A stretch of 61,520 nucleotides of DNA, filler included, from Rhabdomonas costata (Eukaryota): NCBI GenBank assembly GCA_019059605.1. It is 24 parts of 24 records of this genome, joined end to end, with 100 filler letters (N's around TTAATTAATTAA, not from the genome) between each part and the next. Parts side by side here need not be neighbours in the genome. Positions count along the whole stretch, not along the records: positions 1 to 2,472 come from JAHMHO010003261.1; positions 2,573 to 5,043 come from JAHMHO010003262.1; positions 5,144 to 7,615 come from JAHMHO010003263.1; positions 7,716 to 10,186 come from JAHMHO010003264.1; positions 10,287 to 12,757 come from JAHMHO010003265.1; 19 more parts are not named here. The stretch is one strand, 5' to 3'. Numbering within the stretch: the stretch's first letter is position 1; every line of letters starts with the position of its first letter. Of the stretch, positions 1 through 12,542 are shown one piece after another. The position numbers and the translations under genes were made by a program. The notes beneath the pieces are model-generated. The model saw only the letters and a program-made list of their open reading frames with translations. It searched no databases and was not told the origin of the DNA.

Positions 1-478
1 GTTTTGGCCTTGAATAATTTTCCCTACGCGTGCTTTCCCTGTCCGTTCTCTTTTTTCCAACGGGAAATGGCCAGTCGCATGCTTCAGAGTCGAGCCATCC
101 CTTTTTTCATCACTTTCCCTTCATTGCCCCATTTGGTTTTGTTTGTGTCTAGCGAGCGTACGCCCACCACAGATGAGTCACCGCTGGCTGCTTTCCTTTG
201 TGCGCGATGTCGGCCCAGCCGTTTTGGTGGGAATGTGGATGCAGCGCCAGCTGAGCCAGAGGGACTCCATCGCACTGGCCGCTTCCCAGCCATCAGCTTC
301 GCCCGCTCCTACCGATTGTATGGCAACCTGGGGAGTGGCTGGAGGGGCAACCTTACATTCAGATGAAGTGGAGCCGTCCAGCGGCTTGGACTGCTCTGTT
401 CCAGGGATTCAGGCATCGCCAGAGGGGTGGACTTGGGCTCCGTTTTCATCTCGAGTCCCGGTGCCGCTCGGGGGCAAG

Positions 479-2289
479 TCCTTCGCCAAGGTGGTGTCGA
501 AAGTGGCGCCTGCAGTGGTTACTGTGGGCATGCATTTCTCCCGTCTCTATTAGTTTTGGTGCCTTTCCCCTGCTTTGGACTTGTTTGCTTTTTATTGCGA
601 GAACTAGGATGCAGCTCGTTCAAATGAAATTAATGCTCTGTCAGATTTCTTTCGGAGTCTTGAGCTGTTTTTGAATGCAAGATTCTGAGTAGAACAACAC
701 ACCTGCAACAAAGCACTGCCGGAGATTGGACACACGGGAATATAGGTCCTTGGATGAGATCGGTCTGACGCCTGAAATTATCCTGTGTGTTCTTTGAATG
801 ACAGGCGATTCAGATGCAAAGAGGCAAGCACGCATTTTTCTTGGCTTCGTCAGTTAACAGGGAACAGCGGTACGTTTTTCTTGTCACCGCAGAAGTTGAC
901 GCGGGGTTGGCCCCTTCGGTCACTCAAATGTTCACGGGAAAAGTCGGCAGGATATTCTGCTCGGGCGTGTTTGTGCGGCCCGATGGGATCCTGCTTACTG
1001 CCAACCGTGTCGTTGAGAAAGCCTCGGGCAGCAAACTGACAGTGATTACGGCAAATGGTCAGAAATATCTCGCGACGGTATGTTTCTTATCTTTCGTGGG
1101 AGGAGTGGGGCGTCGTTAATCCCGTTATGAAAAAACCAATGTTTTCCATCACTTACAGTCAAGCGGGTCCTGGCACCGGCCAGGCGACTCGCAATTTTAA
1201 TGTGGATGTAGGGGTGGATAGGCAGGCAAACGTTTTTTCCTGTGCACGGTGGGGAAGGGAGGACGAAATGCGTAATGCGGCCCCATGTGAGATTTTTGGG
1301 TGGTTTATGATCGGGAATATGAAATGAAGATCACGGAGCAAGCCAATGACAATAGTGCGGATGGGGTTTGCTATCGTCCCCTGTCCCTCCCGAAAGTGGA
1401 GTGAGAAGACGGGCCTGACCTTTGCTGATGCTTTGTGTTGGTCTTGGGGCTTAGGTGCTGGCCCAGGATCCCTGTAACGATATCGCGGTGTTGCAAGCTC
1501 AGCGGCTGTCAGAGAAAGGTGTGAAAGGATGCCGCTCATTGATTTGTTCTTGCAGAAACCCCCTGGAAAAGTTCTGCACAGTTCACTATCAGCATTATAG
1601 ATCTGGCGCGGACATCACAAAACACAGCTCGTGGGGAAGGTGTCAGACAGAAACAGGAGAACAGGATAGGCACAACATAGGAGCTGACGAGGGGCAAGAG
1701 CAGGTGAGAGGAGGAAAGCACGCTATGAGGAATGCGTCCCGACGAAGCACGAAGGGCCAAGCGCTCAAAGTGGGGGAGAAACCAGTTTGTGGTTGGCGTA
1801 AACCCCCCTACCTCTCAAAAATGCAAACCCACATGTACTCAGAGGAAAGTGATGCCACTGGTGGCTTCACCAAAATAAAAAGCGAGCGTCGCCGTCCTCG
1901 GACATGCCAGAGTATCGGAAAGTGCGAAGGGTGGTGTTTACCGTTTGCAGTTGCTTTCTTTTCCTTCTTCCTTGGTATGGACATGCGAGCGGGAATGCGA
2001 TCCTTTGCCGGTATTCTCACTTCAGAGTGCTTTTCCGTTCTTCCATTGGCGGACGCCGCGCAGTGCCGCGCCGGGGACGTGGTTCTCGCAGTAAGCTCGC
2101 AAATGGGGCTGCCCACAACGGTCACCAGCGGCATCATCTCTGCGGTGGGCCGCACTCTGCTGAGGACAGTGGAGGACTTGCACCGGCCCTTGCTGCAGAC
2201 GGATGCCCCCATGAATGTCGGCAGTGGCGGGGGTGCGCTGGTCTCCACGGATGGAAAGCTGTTGGGAATATGCACAGCCTTCCTTGCAG
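479..2289 (+). CDS. HtrA/DegP-family trypsin-like protease domain, probably catalytically inactive (partial, 4 exons)
   Basis: Exons <479-527, 893-1077, 1455-1518, 2026-2289 splice in phase. Motifs SFAKVVSKVAPAVVTV, CSGVFVRPDGILLTANRVV, QDPCNDIAVL, TVTSGIISAVGR, LLQTDAPMNVGSGGGALVSTDGKLLGI match the HtrA protease domain. First intron is GC-AG. The 5' end is unresolved. Confidence 0.9.
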
Positions 2290-2416
2290 GTACCCGCCGT
2301 CGTGGCGCTTTCTTGAGTGAAAGGCCGGCGGTGTTGTGAATAAACACATGTGTCCGTCCAACCGTCCAACGTGATGGATATTGGTTCCCCTGTGCTGGTC
2401 CTTTAGGACTTTAGGA

Positions 2417-2462
2417 GGGATCTCCCTGCCACCGCTTGGAACAGTAGTGGCAGGGAGATCCC
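2417..2462. repeat. 16-bp perfect inverted repeat at a contig end
   Basis: GGGATCTCCCTGCCAC (2417-2432) and GTGGCAGGGAGATCCC (2447-2462), 14-nt loop. Confidence 0.85.
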
Positions 2463-2472
2463 CCCCAAACCC

Positions 2473-2572
2473 NNNNNNNNNNNNNNNNNNNNNNNNNNNN
2501 NNNNNNNNNNNNNNNNTTAATTAATTAANNNNNNNNNNNNNNNNNNNNNNNNNNNNNNNNNNNNNNNNNNNN
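2473..2572. other. Artificial contig spacer N44-TTAATTAATTAA-N44 (first of 23)
   Basis: Identical 100-nt six-frame-stop linker starting at 2473, 5044, 7616, 10187, 12758, 15324, 17894, 20464, 23034, 25603, 28171, 30743, 33310, 35877, 38443, 41012, 43577, 46131, 48699, 51264, 53830, 56394 and 58958. Confidence 0.99.
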
Positions 2573-3847
2573 CCATCCCTCGTGGGATCTTTGCCTCACT
2601 TGTTTTCGGGTGCAGGGCTGTACGGTCACGCACATCCACTCACTGATATGCGCGTGTGGTTGCGCACAGAACCTTGCAGCCCACCCCCGCCGGGATTCCT
2701 CGCAGGGAATAGGCATGGGCAAGATTGGTTCACAAGCGACCGAAAAGAACAGAACGAGCCAACGAGGAGAAGACAGACCCGCTCGAGGGAGGGCGGGTAG
2801 TTGAACCACAAAGCCACCGGGCTGAGCCCGGCGGAGCCCTTCGCATCGGCCATAGTGGAGAAGACGGGCGACCTCAAGTTCCCTTCTGCCACAGCCTGGG
2901 TGGGGCACAGGCGACTCAAGGTTACTGAAACACCGTGTGTGTCCGCCAGCAGCTGAGCCTCCGCGTTAAGCTTAGCCTGGAGATGCTCCATGGCCAGCTC
3001 CTCCAGGACATCCGCAAGCCGCTCCCCCTGGTTGGGGTGCCAGTTCCGATGCGGGTACAGAAATGAAATTCAGTTCCCACTGAGCTAAGTTTCTTTTTGA
3101 ACGCCATTGAACTCAAGCGCCAGCACAACAAAGGCTGCGGAATCTCTCCAAAAGGCTTTCCCTTTAAATAAAGAGGAGGAGCTCCTGTTACTGGAAATTT
3201 CAACAGGAGTGCGGAACAGGGAGCACGCCAAGCTCATTCGAAAGCACGCGAGGTCGTACTGACATACAGCATCCCTACCTCAGCTCCCAAAGACAGCATC
3301 TCTGCTGTCTTTCCTAAATCCCAACAAAGGCAGAGAGCATAGGCATCCAGTCCGTGCGGAAATATATCCTGGCGCTTACCGTCTGTCACGCTTGACAGAC
3401 CTGAGCGGTCCTTTGGTCGAGCTCATTTGTCAGGTCCTCCAGCGAGGTCTCGGCGACCATCTCCATCACCTCCGTGGGCCAGGCCGAGCTGAGCCGCCCC
3501 AATAGCGCCCGTGCGGGCTCACTGAGCCGTTCCGCGGCACTCTCCCGGCGGGCCTTCACGTGCCGAAGCGCGCCCTGAAGCTGGGCCATTGTATGCCTCA
3601 GGTTCACCCCTGCGAGTTCCCACATCACCCAAAACATCAACGTCACATCACCCAACCAATCGACTTTCTTTCTTACTCTCTCACTTTTAATTGCAATATA
3701 ATCGTAATAGTGCAAAGAAATGTCCGAGGGGGGGGGGGTTTGGCGAAAGATCCGTGACCAAACAGCACCACAGAGCATGCCTCGGCACAGGTCGGTGTTC
3801 AGCTTGGCCATCCCACCCGCAGAGAGGCACCGCAAGACCTCGACCTC
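2573..3847 (-). CDS. Hypothetical helical protein (partial, about 5 exons)
   Basis: GC-rich exons ~3847-3781, 3609-3401, 3258-3229, 3027-2779, 2698->2573 join in phase (...LNTDLCRG VNLRHTMAQ...DQRTAQ YDLACFRMSL GERLADVLEELAMEHLQ...). Two introns are GC-AG. No family recognised. Confidence 0.65.
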
Positions 3848-5569
3848 CTCAGGCCGCAGCGGGCGGTGCAGTGCATGGGAAACCAAAACAGACAGCTCCA
3901 TGGGTTTTGTGGGTAAAGGGAGGGCTCGATTCTCCTTTGGATTCGAACCCCCTCAAACAAACAAAAAGGCAAAGAGCTCTGCTACCCAAACTCCAGCGTA
4001 GGCATTTGAAAAATGGTTCTAAGAAGATCGTCGCCAAGACTTGCTTTCCTGCATGGTGGCTGCCCTTTGTCACATTCACGCGCGCAGAACAAGAAGAGGA
4101 CGTCACCAGCGAAACAAAACCGAAGAATGCTTATATTCTGCAATTCGTATTTGGCCACTTCCACACGACCCCAACCAATCCGCTCAAGGTTTAACCCCAG
4201 AAAATGCAAAACCGGACTAACTTTGGCACAAAAGCCACTCTGGAGTCATCGGTCAAGGGTACAAGAACGGGTCCCCCAGCGTTTCGGGAGGCTAAAGGCA
4301 CCGGCCTGCTTCGACTTCGTATTGCTTCAATGCCTCAATCAATACACTACTGTCCCCATCTTGAGAAAAAACACCACCGAAAGCACCAGCAACCGCAAAG
4401 CCTGGTTCTTTGAAAAGGAAGCAAAAAACCAAGAGAGAATGTCAACGCTCTGAAAAGAGAGTGTGTGTGGAGCAAAGGCAAGAAGGCTGAAGAAGCTCAG
4501 CCCTTCACCAAACAGGCACACTGCACACTGCGAGCCAGAGGCTATGCGGAAGATGACTACAGAGCTCATTCTCCTAAAACCCCTGCAGGCTGCCTCCGGA
4601 TTACCGGGGGCCATGGGTAGCGGGGGTTGTATATACGATATGTAGGGGCCTGTCCTGTTGGGTTGTACATATTCCGTGATCGCTTCAGAGGCGCGGAAAC
4701 GGGCGCTAATACGGGTGCGCGTGACCCAAGAACCAAACCGAGTAGAAGTAAAAACCAGACCCGGGGGACGGCATGGGCATGGAAGACGAGCAAATCGAAC
4801 AAAGAATGTTTTTCTACACCTGGCACAACAAGGGGCGGGCGGGGGGAAGAGGGCGAAAGTGTCCGGCGGCTGCCTGTGCTGCGCGAGCAGAGGCCGGGCA
4901 AAATCAGGAGAAAACGAAACAGAAACGCCAACCAACACGACAGAGGGCAAGCCAAAATGATTCTCCAGACTTTCAAAGAAACGGACCAAGCTGGCCGCTT
5001 GGCTCGCCGCTGCACATCGCAGGGACAAACGCTCACCAAAACANNNNNNNNNNNNNNNNNNNNNNNNNNNNNNNNNNNNNNNNNNNNTTAATTAATTAAN
5101 NNNNNNNNNNNNNNNNNNNNNNNNNNNNNNNNNNNNNNNNNNNGAGTACCCCCGACACTACTGCTTGGTTATTTGGGTTGTGTAAAAAGTATGACATCAC
5201 AGGACACGATCTTCTCTCTGAGTGGGGTGAAGTGTCACTTTGGTGGCTCCCGTGCACTCTTGAGTGAAAAATCAGAGCGGGCACTACTTCAGAGAAAGAC
5301 GCCCGCAGCCAAAGGTCAATGAGCGGTTACACACACTTAATCAGAATTCACCGCTGAATCAATCAGTCGTTGAAGAATTTTTGGGCAGTCCGTTGTGGAC
5401 ATTCATCTGACATGTCATATTGAAGTCTTTCTTGGGACGTATTAGCGAGAAAAAAGCAGTTTTATGTGCGGCCTGAGATAATTTGTGCCGCCTGAGGAAT
5501 TTTCACGCCTTTGTTGTCGACTGTGCCTGCGTTTACATCGCATCTAATTTTCCTTCGCATTGGACACAG

Positions 5570-5818
5570 GTGTACAACGGCACGGAGATGGTACCGGTCA
5601 ACGTGTCCATCCGCTGCATTGGGGGCTCAATTAGGGCTCAGGCCAGTGTGGTGGTAGAGCAGTATGGAGTTTACTCCCTGCTGGCCGTACTGGTGCTCTA
5701 CCTGCTTACCCTGCTGCAGGCCCTTTTCAGCGCGTTGTTCGGTTCACGCGCGCCAGAGAAGGTGGCCGACGGAGGGAAGCCCAAAAAGGCGGCCGCTGCA
5801 CCGGGGAAAACGGACTGA
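5570..5818 (+). CDS. Terminal exon of an unknown membrane protein
   Basis: CAG acceptor at 5567-5569, coding-like codon usage, hydrophobic segment YSLLAVLVLYLLTLLQALFSALF, basic tail ...KPKKAAAAPGKTD and TGA stop. Confidence 0.65.
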   Translation: MYNGTEMVPVNVSIRCIGGSIRAQASVVVEQYGVYSLLAVLVLYLLTLLQALFSALFGSRAPEKVADGGKPKKAAAAPGKTD

Positions 5819-6852
5819 CACCCCCCCCTCCCAGATCCCCACAAGGACCTCAAGGACCCTCGCCCACTATTCTATCTGACAGTTGCTCTGCTCAATGCTC
5901 AAGATGTCCTTTCTGCATGCATCACACCCGCGTTACCATCACTGTCGAGTGGGAAATGTGATTTCCTTTTCATCCGACTGGGGAGGGTATGAACGGGGGT
6001 TACGGATGCAGTTCCTTTATCATGATCAGTGGTGTTGACCGCTGATTCTTCTTCTACTGCTGCTACTGTTACCACCACTGCTCTCTCCCTCTCAGTTGTT
6101 CTAAGCAGCTCACATTGGTGTTGACTTTGTGAGCTCTGGGACGAAGTTTTTTCCGACATTGCTTTTGGTCCAATAATGGCTTAGGGATAATGGTATTTAG
6201 GGGTTTTGGGTGTCTTTTTAATTGACGATCAACGATGAAACAATACACGAAAGGATAGCCAGAGGGTGAAATCCCTGAAGTTTCATTCGCGCCTCTCGGA
6301 AACCGCAGTTTTGGAGGTTTGATGGATGAGTTTGGGTGACGGTGCAGGTTGAATTGCTGAGAAACCCTTCTCAGTCAATTAGGCAACCCCATTCTCTGAA
6401 AAACGCGCTCTGGTGGAATCAGAGCCCCTGCGCTCGAAGCGTGATCATCTGTCAGAATTCAAAATGGAGAGATCATTTTATACAACTTTGTTGTTTTCGA
6501 GAGACGCAGTATGATGAAGCCACCAGGCTGACAAAACCAACCCAAGCAGAAGTATTGCCCTGCAGGGAAACGGAAGTTTCGGAAGGAAACCATTTGTCAG
6601 CCTGCCAATTTCGCCAATTTTGGCATATTTTTGTTTCGTTAAGGCAGTGTTAACCTTCACACATTGTAGATGGCCACTAGCTCGAATGAGATGTTTCTGT
6701 TATATTTCCTGGATGATTTTGTTCGAAGTTGGTGACTGACTCGGTGATTGTACAGAAGAGACGAAGCGAATCTATTCGTTGGTTGGGATTGCTTTTCTAG
6801 CAGTGGGTCATATTTGGTTTCTTGTATACGCTCCCTGCTAAAAGTGAAAATA

Positions 6853-7067
6853 ATGCACGGCGCCGCCGCCAAGCCAGCAGCGAAGGTTCACCTCCCGGAC
6901 CTCTTTCAGCCGCGAAAGGAAGCAATGCCCATCATTGACCCAGAGCTCAAGATGTATGGTCGGGTCTGGATCCCGTTCGCGCTAATCTCCACCACCAGCG
7001 GCGTCGAGCGCTACCAGAAGGGGCACCCCTACCCTCCCTCGCTCTGCATGCTCTTCCAAGCCGGACG
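6853..7067 (+). CDS. Probable first exon of a hypothetical protein
   Basis: ATG at 6853, GC-rich third positions (MHGAAAKPAAKVHLPDLF...LFQAG), ends at a GTGTGT donor followed by TG-rich intronic sequence. Confidence 0.55.
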
Positions 7068-8004
7068 GTGTGTTTGTGTGTGGTGGTGGTGGGGGGAGCG
7101 CCTGTGTGTTTGTTAGTGTCACGTGCGCAGTGAATCACCGATAAATCACCTGTCGTCTTTCTTCATGTTTGCATGCTTCGGCATGTGCATGTAGATATGC
7201 ATGTGCGCAGTTCAATCATGGTCCTTAGAAAGAAAGGAGCAGTAGAGGGGAGCAGTAGAGGGAAGGAGAACCGGGGTCCTCACTGGAGAATCTGTTTCCA
7301 TTCACATCCGTTCACTGTGTTTCTCTCACTGTGACACTCTCTGTGGTACTCAAGAAAAATGGCGGCGAAATCAAGCCTCAACATTTGCCAAATTACACGA
7401 ATATACCCGCCCCACCCCATGCGTTCTTTCTGTGGCCCTTGACCTCAGTCATCCTTCGGTGGAGGCAGTGCAATCGTGTAGCAAGGGTTGCTGAGAGATA
7501 GAGAAGGGTCCTTATCATTCGGGACAGGCTGAGAATCCCGTCTCTGTCCCATAAGAAAGCCAATCAAATCTTGTAATCTCGCTTTCCCTCATTTTTTTTT
7601 CGCGAGCATGCTGAGNNNNNNNNNNNNNNNNNNNNNNNNNNNNNNNNNNNNNNNNNNNNTTAATTAATTAANNNNNNNNNNNNNNNNNNNNNNNNNNNNN
7701 NNNNNNNNNNNNNNNTGTGGTGGTGCGCAAAGGAGTCCAACGCGGCCACCTATACAGTGCAGATGCGAAGGGAGGGAGAAAGGGTGTAGCCAGGCAATGG
7801 GTTTCCATCCTAGTTGGATCGGCATGGGTTCATGCTGATGTCCATGAAGGACGTGGCAGGACGTAGCTGAACGAAATATGGTGACCATTTTATGACCAGA
7901 AACAAGTCCGTCCGTCGAAACTGCTTCAGTTCGCGTGGGCAAGTGTAACAATACGCGCGCGCACGCACGCACCCACTGACCCGCACGCACACACACACAC
8001 AGAC

Positions 8005-9533
8005 CGTCTGCCCGATGAACATCTGCTTCACGTCGCGCCAGGTCTGGGAGCAAACCAGGATGTCCGTGCGGAGATGGGCGTTCAGCAGGCACAAGGCCTC
8101 CACGAGTGTGCTCACCGGGCCAACCACGCTGAAGCTCAGCTTGGTCTTGGAGCCGATGTTCCCTGAGCCACGGCCCCACACCCGCCTTAACGTCAAGAAC
8201 CTCATTCATCCCATCTTGTTGATCAATGCCGCCACGTTCACAAAAAGTCAACCTTGGAATGCCGGCATTGCTCAGGTCACATGTCTCACCCATTTGAGTG
8301 GTTTTTGCACCGTCACCGAAGCTACGGGGCTCTGAAAGATGAGGAGATGACAGCGGGAAACGCATACCGACGTAGGCCATTCCTGTGGCAATTCCGACCC
8401 GCACCCTCTTCCCCAGGAAGTCCTTGTTCTTCCCAAGCGTGTCTCGCACCGTCAGAGCAGCCATGCAGGCCTACGGCCGTCCCAGAGAACAGCGAAAAAC
8501 AGAAACTGAAGGTGGCGGTGGGAGACGACCAAGCGTAATGGATGGCAGCCCTTCTGGAGAGGTGCAGGACCTGGTGGGTTTGGTTTGCATACTCTAATTA
8601 CCCTATTACCACTGAGCGAAGAAACGGTCTGTCACTTGCTGTATGGAGAAGAATGCTTGGGAAAGCAGAAAGGGGGTCGCAGAAAACCAACTGGACAAAT
8701 GCCCGTCGAGCGGGATAGGGAACGACTGCTGGGGTCCACAGACCTGCTCCGAGTGGTTTCCCACGTTGTTGGCGGCATTCCAGGAGACCACAACGCGATC
8801 CCCAGTGAGGGAGTTCATCACCCCTCGGGTGGTCTTGCACACCTGTACCGCATTGCACCACAGCAGACACAGATGCACACATCACAATGCAGGGCGAAGC
8901 AGCCGATGCAGCAACACCCACATCCGACCGTTGCGTGTAAGTGCAGTAGAACTACGAAGGCGCAAACCGATCAAACCAATCGGTTTGTGATGGCGTCACT
9001 CCTGAAAATAATCAAAGTACGAGGCGAAATGGCAAAAAAAAAATGAAGTAGAGCAACACCAAAGCACGTTGCGCATAGACAAAAGGCGATAGAGTATTGT
9101 TTTCCGTTCGCCCGTTTTTGAGTTGCCGTAGAAACGGGCTCGCCACGGCATGTATAGGATGGTATAGGGGCCAAGAAACTGGCGCACTCATGAGCTAAGA
9201 GGACAGCCACAGAGAGAACGTGGCACACCAACGTCCAAGCGGCAGATCAGCCCGCCGTGTTGAAAAGAGGCTTGTGTTACTCACTTGTGTCAAATTTGTG
9301 TTTCTGACGAAGCAGACGCAGCGCAAACGCAAGCGTCGCCCGCAGGGCGGTTCTCTGTTCTCCCCAACTGAAAACCACCCAGCAATACAGACCTCCTGCA
9401 CCAATAAGACGTATCGCCCGTGCATATCGATCACGTCCAGCAGAGGCATGGTCGCCATCGACTTCTCAAAGTCCACCACCTCGGTGACCATCAGCGTGAC
9501 CTGCTTCCTGGAGAACAGCCCCGCCCCAAAACA
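8005..9533 (-). CDS. Class III adenylate/guanylate cyclase-like domain, degenerate active site (partial, 4 exons)
   Basis: Exons 9533-9393, 8842-8744, 8470-8368, 8162-8005, all GT-AG and in phase: KQVTLMVTEVVDF...RGVMNSLTGDRVVVSWNA...RVRVGIATGMAYVGNIGSKTKLSFSVVGPV...ILVCSQTW. Confidence 0.85.
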
Positions 9534-10300
9534 CTGAAAAAAATCGAGGTGCACACTAGACTACAAAACTTCCCGCAAGAAGCGGGGACCTCGCTGTGCA
9601 ACGTACATAGACGGCTGCTTGATATCAACCGGCAGAAGCCACCAATTAGCGGGAAGAAGGAGGCGACCCACCAAAGGGCAGCACCGAAAAAACTACACCA
9701 CGCAAAAGTCAGGAAAGTCAGGAGGTCATCGTACGCACACTCGTGCGATGTCCGGCCACGCTGGTGTGGTACTTCGACAGGAGATGAGAGCCTCATTTTA
9801 ACTCACGCCTAAGGCCAGTGGTGGAAAATGGCACCAACGCAAGGCTCTCTCTGGCTAAAGACTTCTTCGTGGCCACAGGTTCCTTTTCATTTCGGCGTAA
9901 AAAAAAAAATCACCAGAACACGGTTTGACGCGGCCTGGGAGGCCCATTCTCTGCACCAGTTGTCCGTCTTCGTTGCTCTCTCTATCCTCGCGCCATTGGC
10001 ATTGGAGGTCCCCACCTCCGTATCGGGCATACATACCTTTCAGGCATTAGGAACAAACCACACAGAACGAAAGCGTTGAAGTAATGAGGTTGTGCTGGTT
10101 TGCATTTGTGGTGATTCTTTCACACCATTCAGCACCCCCGCCCCGCCCAAGCACACCTCTGCAGCCAGCGGTCGAGCATGTCGGAGNNNNNNNNNNNNNN
10201 NNNNNNNNNNNNNNNNNNNNNNNNNNNNNNTTAATTAATTAANNNNNNNNNNNNNNNNNNNNNNNNNNNNNNNNNNNNNNNNNNNNTGTTGTCTCAAAAG

Positions 10301-12542
10301 GTGGCTGATTTCTTTCCGGGCGAAGCGCTGGAGGAGGTCGGTCGGTATTCCGGCTTTGTGGTGGGAGCGTACTTTGTCGGGCAAGTCGTGGCCAGCTTTC
10401 TGTGGGGAGCTTTGGCAGACCGCTTTGGACGCCGCCCTGTCCTGCTCTCCGGGCTCCTCGGGACAATGGCCTCGCTGACTTTGTTCGCGTTCAGCCTGAA
10501 CCTGTGGTGGGCTCTCGGTGGGCGGTTTCTGTGGGGAGCGCTCAACGGTACGCAGAGAAACGGATAGACGAAGTGACGAATGACAGGATACATTGGGACA
10601 GTTGGATTTGGCGGTTAACTTGTCAGTCTTGTGCGTCCTGTTCGAGCGTTTCTTTGTGTGCCTATATCTCTATCTGTTGAAGTATTTTGGTTGCTCTTTT
10701 TCTCGCGCATGCGCACACGGTCTTAACCCACCTCTCCATCAATTCTTTTTTGCGCACATTTATTCTTCCCGTCTCCCAAAACCCTGGTTTATTTTGTGTT
10801 GCTTTCGTACCACGTGTTCCTCTTTTTTCCCTCTTGGCTTCAACGGTGTCATTTGTCTCTGCATACTCCCCTCGCCGTTTCTTCTGCTTCGAACTCCGAG
10901 CAGAAAGAAACTGGTCCGCCTGGTCCAAGGTCAACACCTTTCCGGAACCTATCCGATTTTTAGGGGGAGGAATAGGGAGTGGGGGGTGGGGGGTGTCACA
11001 GGGAATATCGGGGTGGCGAAGACGTACATCTCCGAGGCTTGTGACGGAAGTAACCACGCTCGGGGCATGGCGGTGCTGGGCATTACGTTTGGCCTGGGCC
11101 AGATGGTGGGCCCCGTCGTCGGTGTGCACAGTAAATGAAGGCAAGGGGGAGTTGGCGGTTTGTTCTGTGATGCGCCTGGTGTTTCCGCCCAGATGAAATG
11201 GGAGTCTCAAAACGCCTTCCACTCCAATCCTCTGAGCCCCAGTAAAATCGCTCTAAATCGAACATGTATGGATATGTGGTTACCTCGCTCTCTTAGATTC
11301 CCCAGGACGAAAAGCGTCCTGGTTATGGTCAGTAATGCAGCTCTCGGTTGCTTCCCCCACCCATCTCAGACAAAGTTCCTGAGATGGTTCAGAAGTTGTT
11401 GAACGAAGCTCTATGAGGGGGTGTGGTTTGTGCTGTGAAGGTGGCTTCCTGGCCCGTCCTGCGTCGAAGTACGCTCTGCTCAACGTGGAGTTGTTCCGGC
11501 AGTTCCCGTACCTCTTGCCTTGCCTATTCCCTCTGGTGGTGGGCATCCCCTCGGTGCTAGCGGCGTACTTCTACCTCCCGGAGACCCTTCCCCAGGGTGG
11601 CCACAAGCTCACCCCTGCCCCCTCTAAGGCGGAGGGGGCCCCTCCCGAGGCTACGGCCGAGCCTCCGCCTCACCACTGTGGGTCCCTGGGGCTTCTGGTC
11701 GTTGTGGTGCCCCCGCAGGAGCAGGAGCAGGACCAGCAGAGAGTTAGTGGGAGAATCCCAGAGGGTGCCGTGGAGGAGGAGGGAGGGTCTCGGCGCCAGC
11801 TCCTGCGGAAAGCCGTTTCCGCGGACCACGGCGACGTGGAAGGGACCGAGCCTGGAGGAGAGGACGAGCGCAGGTCGGGGTGGGTTAGGGAGTCCGAAAC
11901 CTTTGTGAGATTAATCCTTTTCAATAGACTATCATGAGACCTTTTCAACCTCATTTACCCCTTCCGGGGCCAAAGGGGGTCAGAAGTAAAGTTTTGGTTC
12001 AGATTTTGTAATGAAAGGAATCGGAAGCAACAGAAAAATTGGCCCATAGGTGGGCATTCGAAAGGTATTCTTTTTGGATCATCATGTCATCTTGAACCCT
12101 CAAGAAATCTCAGCTTGCACTTTTGCGCGCCCATTTTCAGGTTGTGAGCGGGTGTGATATGTGACATATGATCTATTGAGTACTGTCCGCGAATACTTTC
12201 ATGGTAGCACGAGGCATTAGTGCCCCGAAGCTTGTGCTCCTTTCTTTTGTTTTGGAGATGCGGCTTCGCAGTTTTATTTTCCGGTTTTATTTTTCGCTGT
12301 CAGCTCTGCCGAAGATCAGGCTCCATTGCCCTCTTCTGCGGCGCCATGCGCGGAGCCCGTGGCGAACGGCGGTGCCGTGGAAACCGGGGCAGCTGCGATT
12401 GCTTGTCGCCAGACGGATGGGGCTGCGGACCACGCCGTGCAAACTCCTCCTCCTCCCTCGTCCCCACTGTGTAAGCCGAGGAGAGCGCCGCGGCTGCTCT
12501 CGCGAAACGTTCTGCTGACTGTGTCCATTTACGCACTAGTGG
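10301..12542 (+). CDS. Major facilitator superfamily transporter, DHA1/ZIFL-like (partial, 4 exons)
   Basis: Exons 10301-10547, 11002-11121, 11441-11873, 12304-12542. MFS motif A WGALADRFGRRPVLL, then GRFLWGALNGNIGVAKTYISE, GPVVGGFLARPA and FRQFPYLLPC, followed by a long central loop. Confidence 0.92.

Noticed and set aside
2417-2462. Rho-independent terminator
   Set aside because: Eukaryotic intronic context, no U-tract, and located at a contig end.
2517-2528. TTAATTAATTAA recurring every ~2.57 kb as a CRISPR-like or periodic element
   Set aside because: Always embedded in N runs; it is an artificial six-frame-stop linker.
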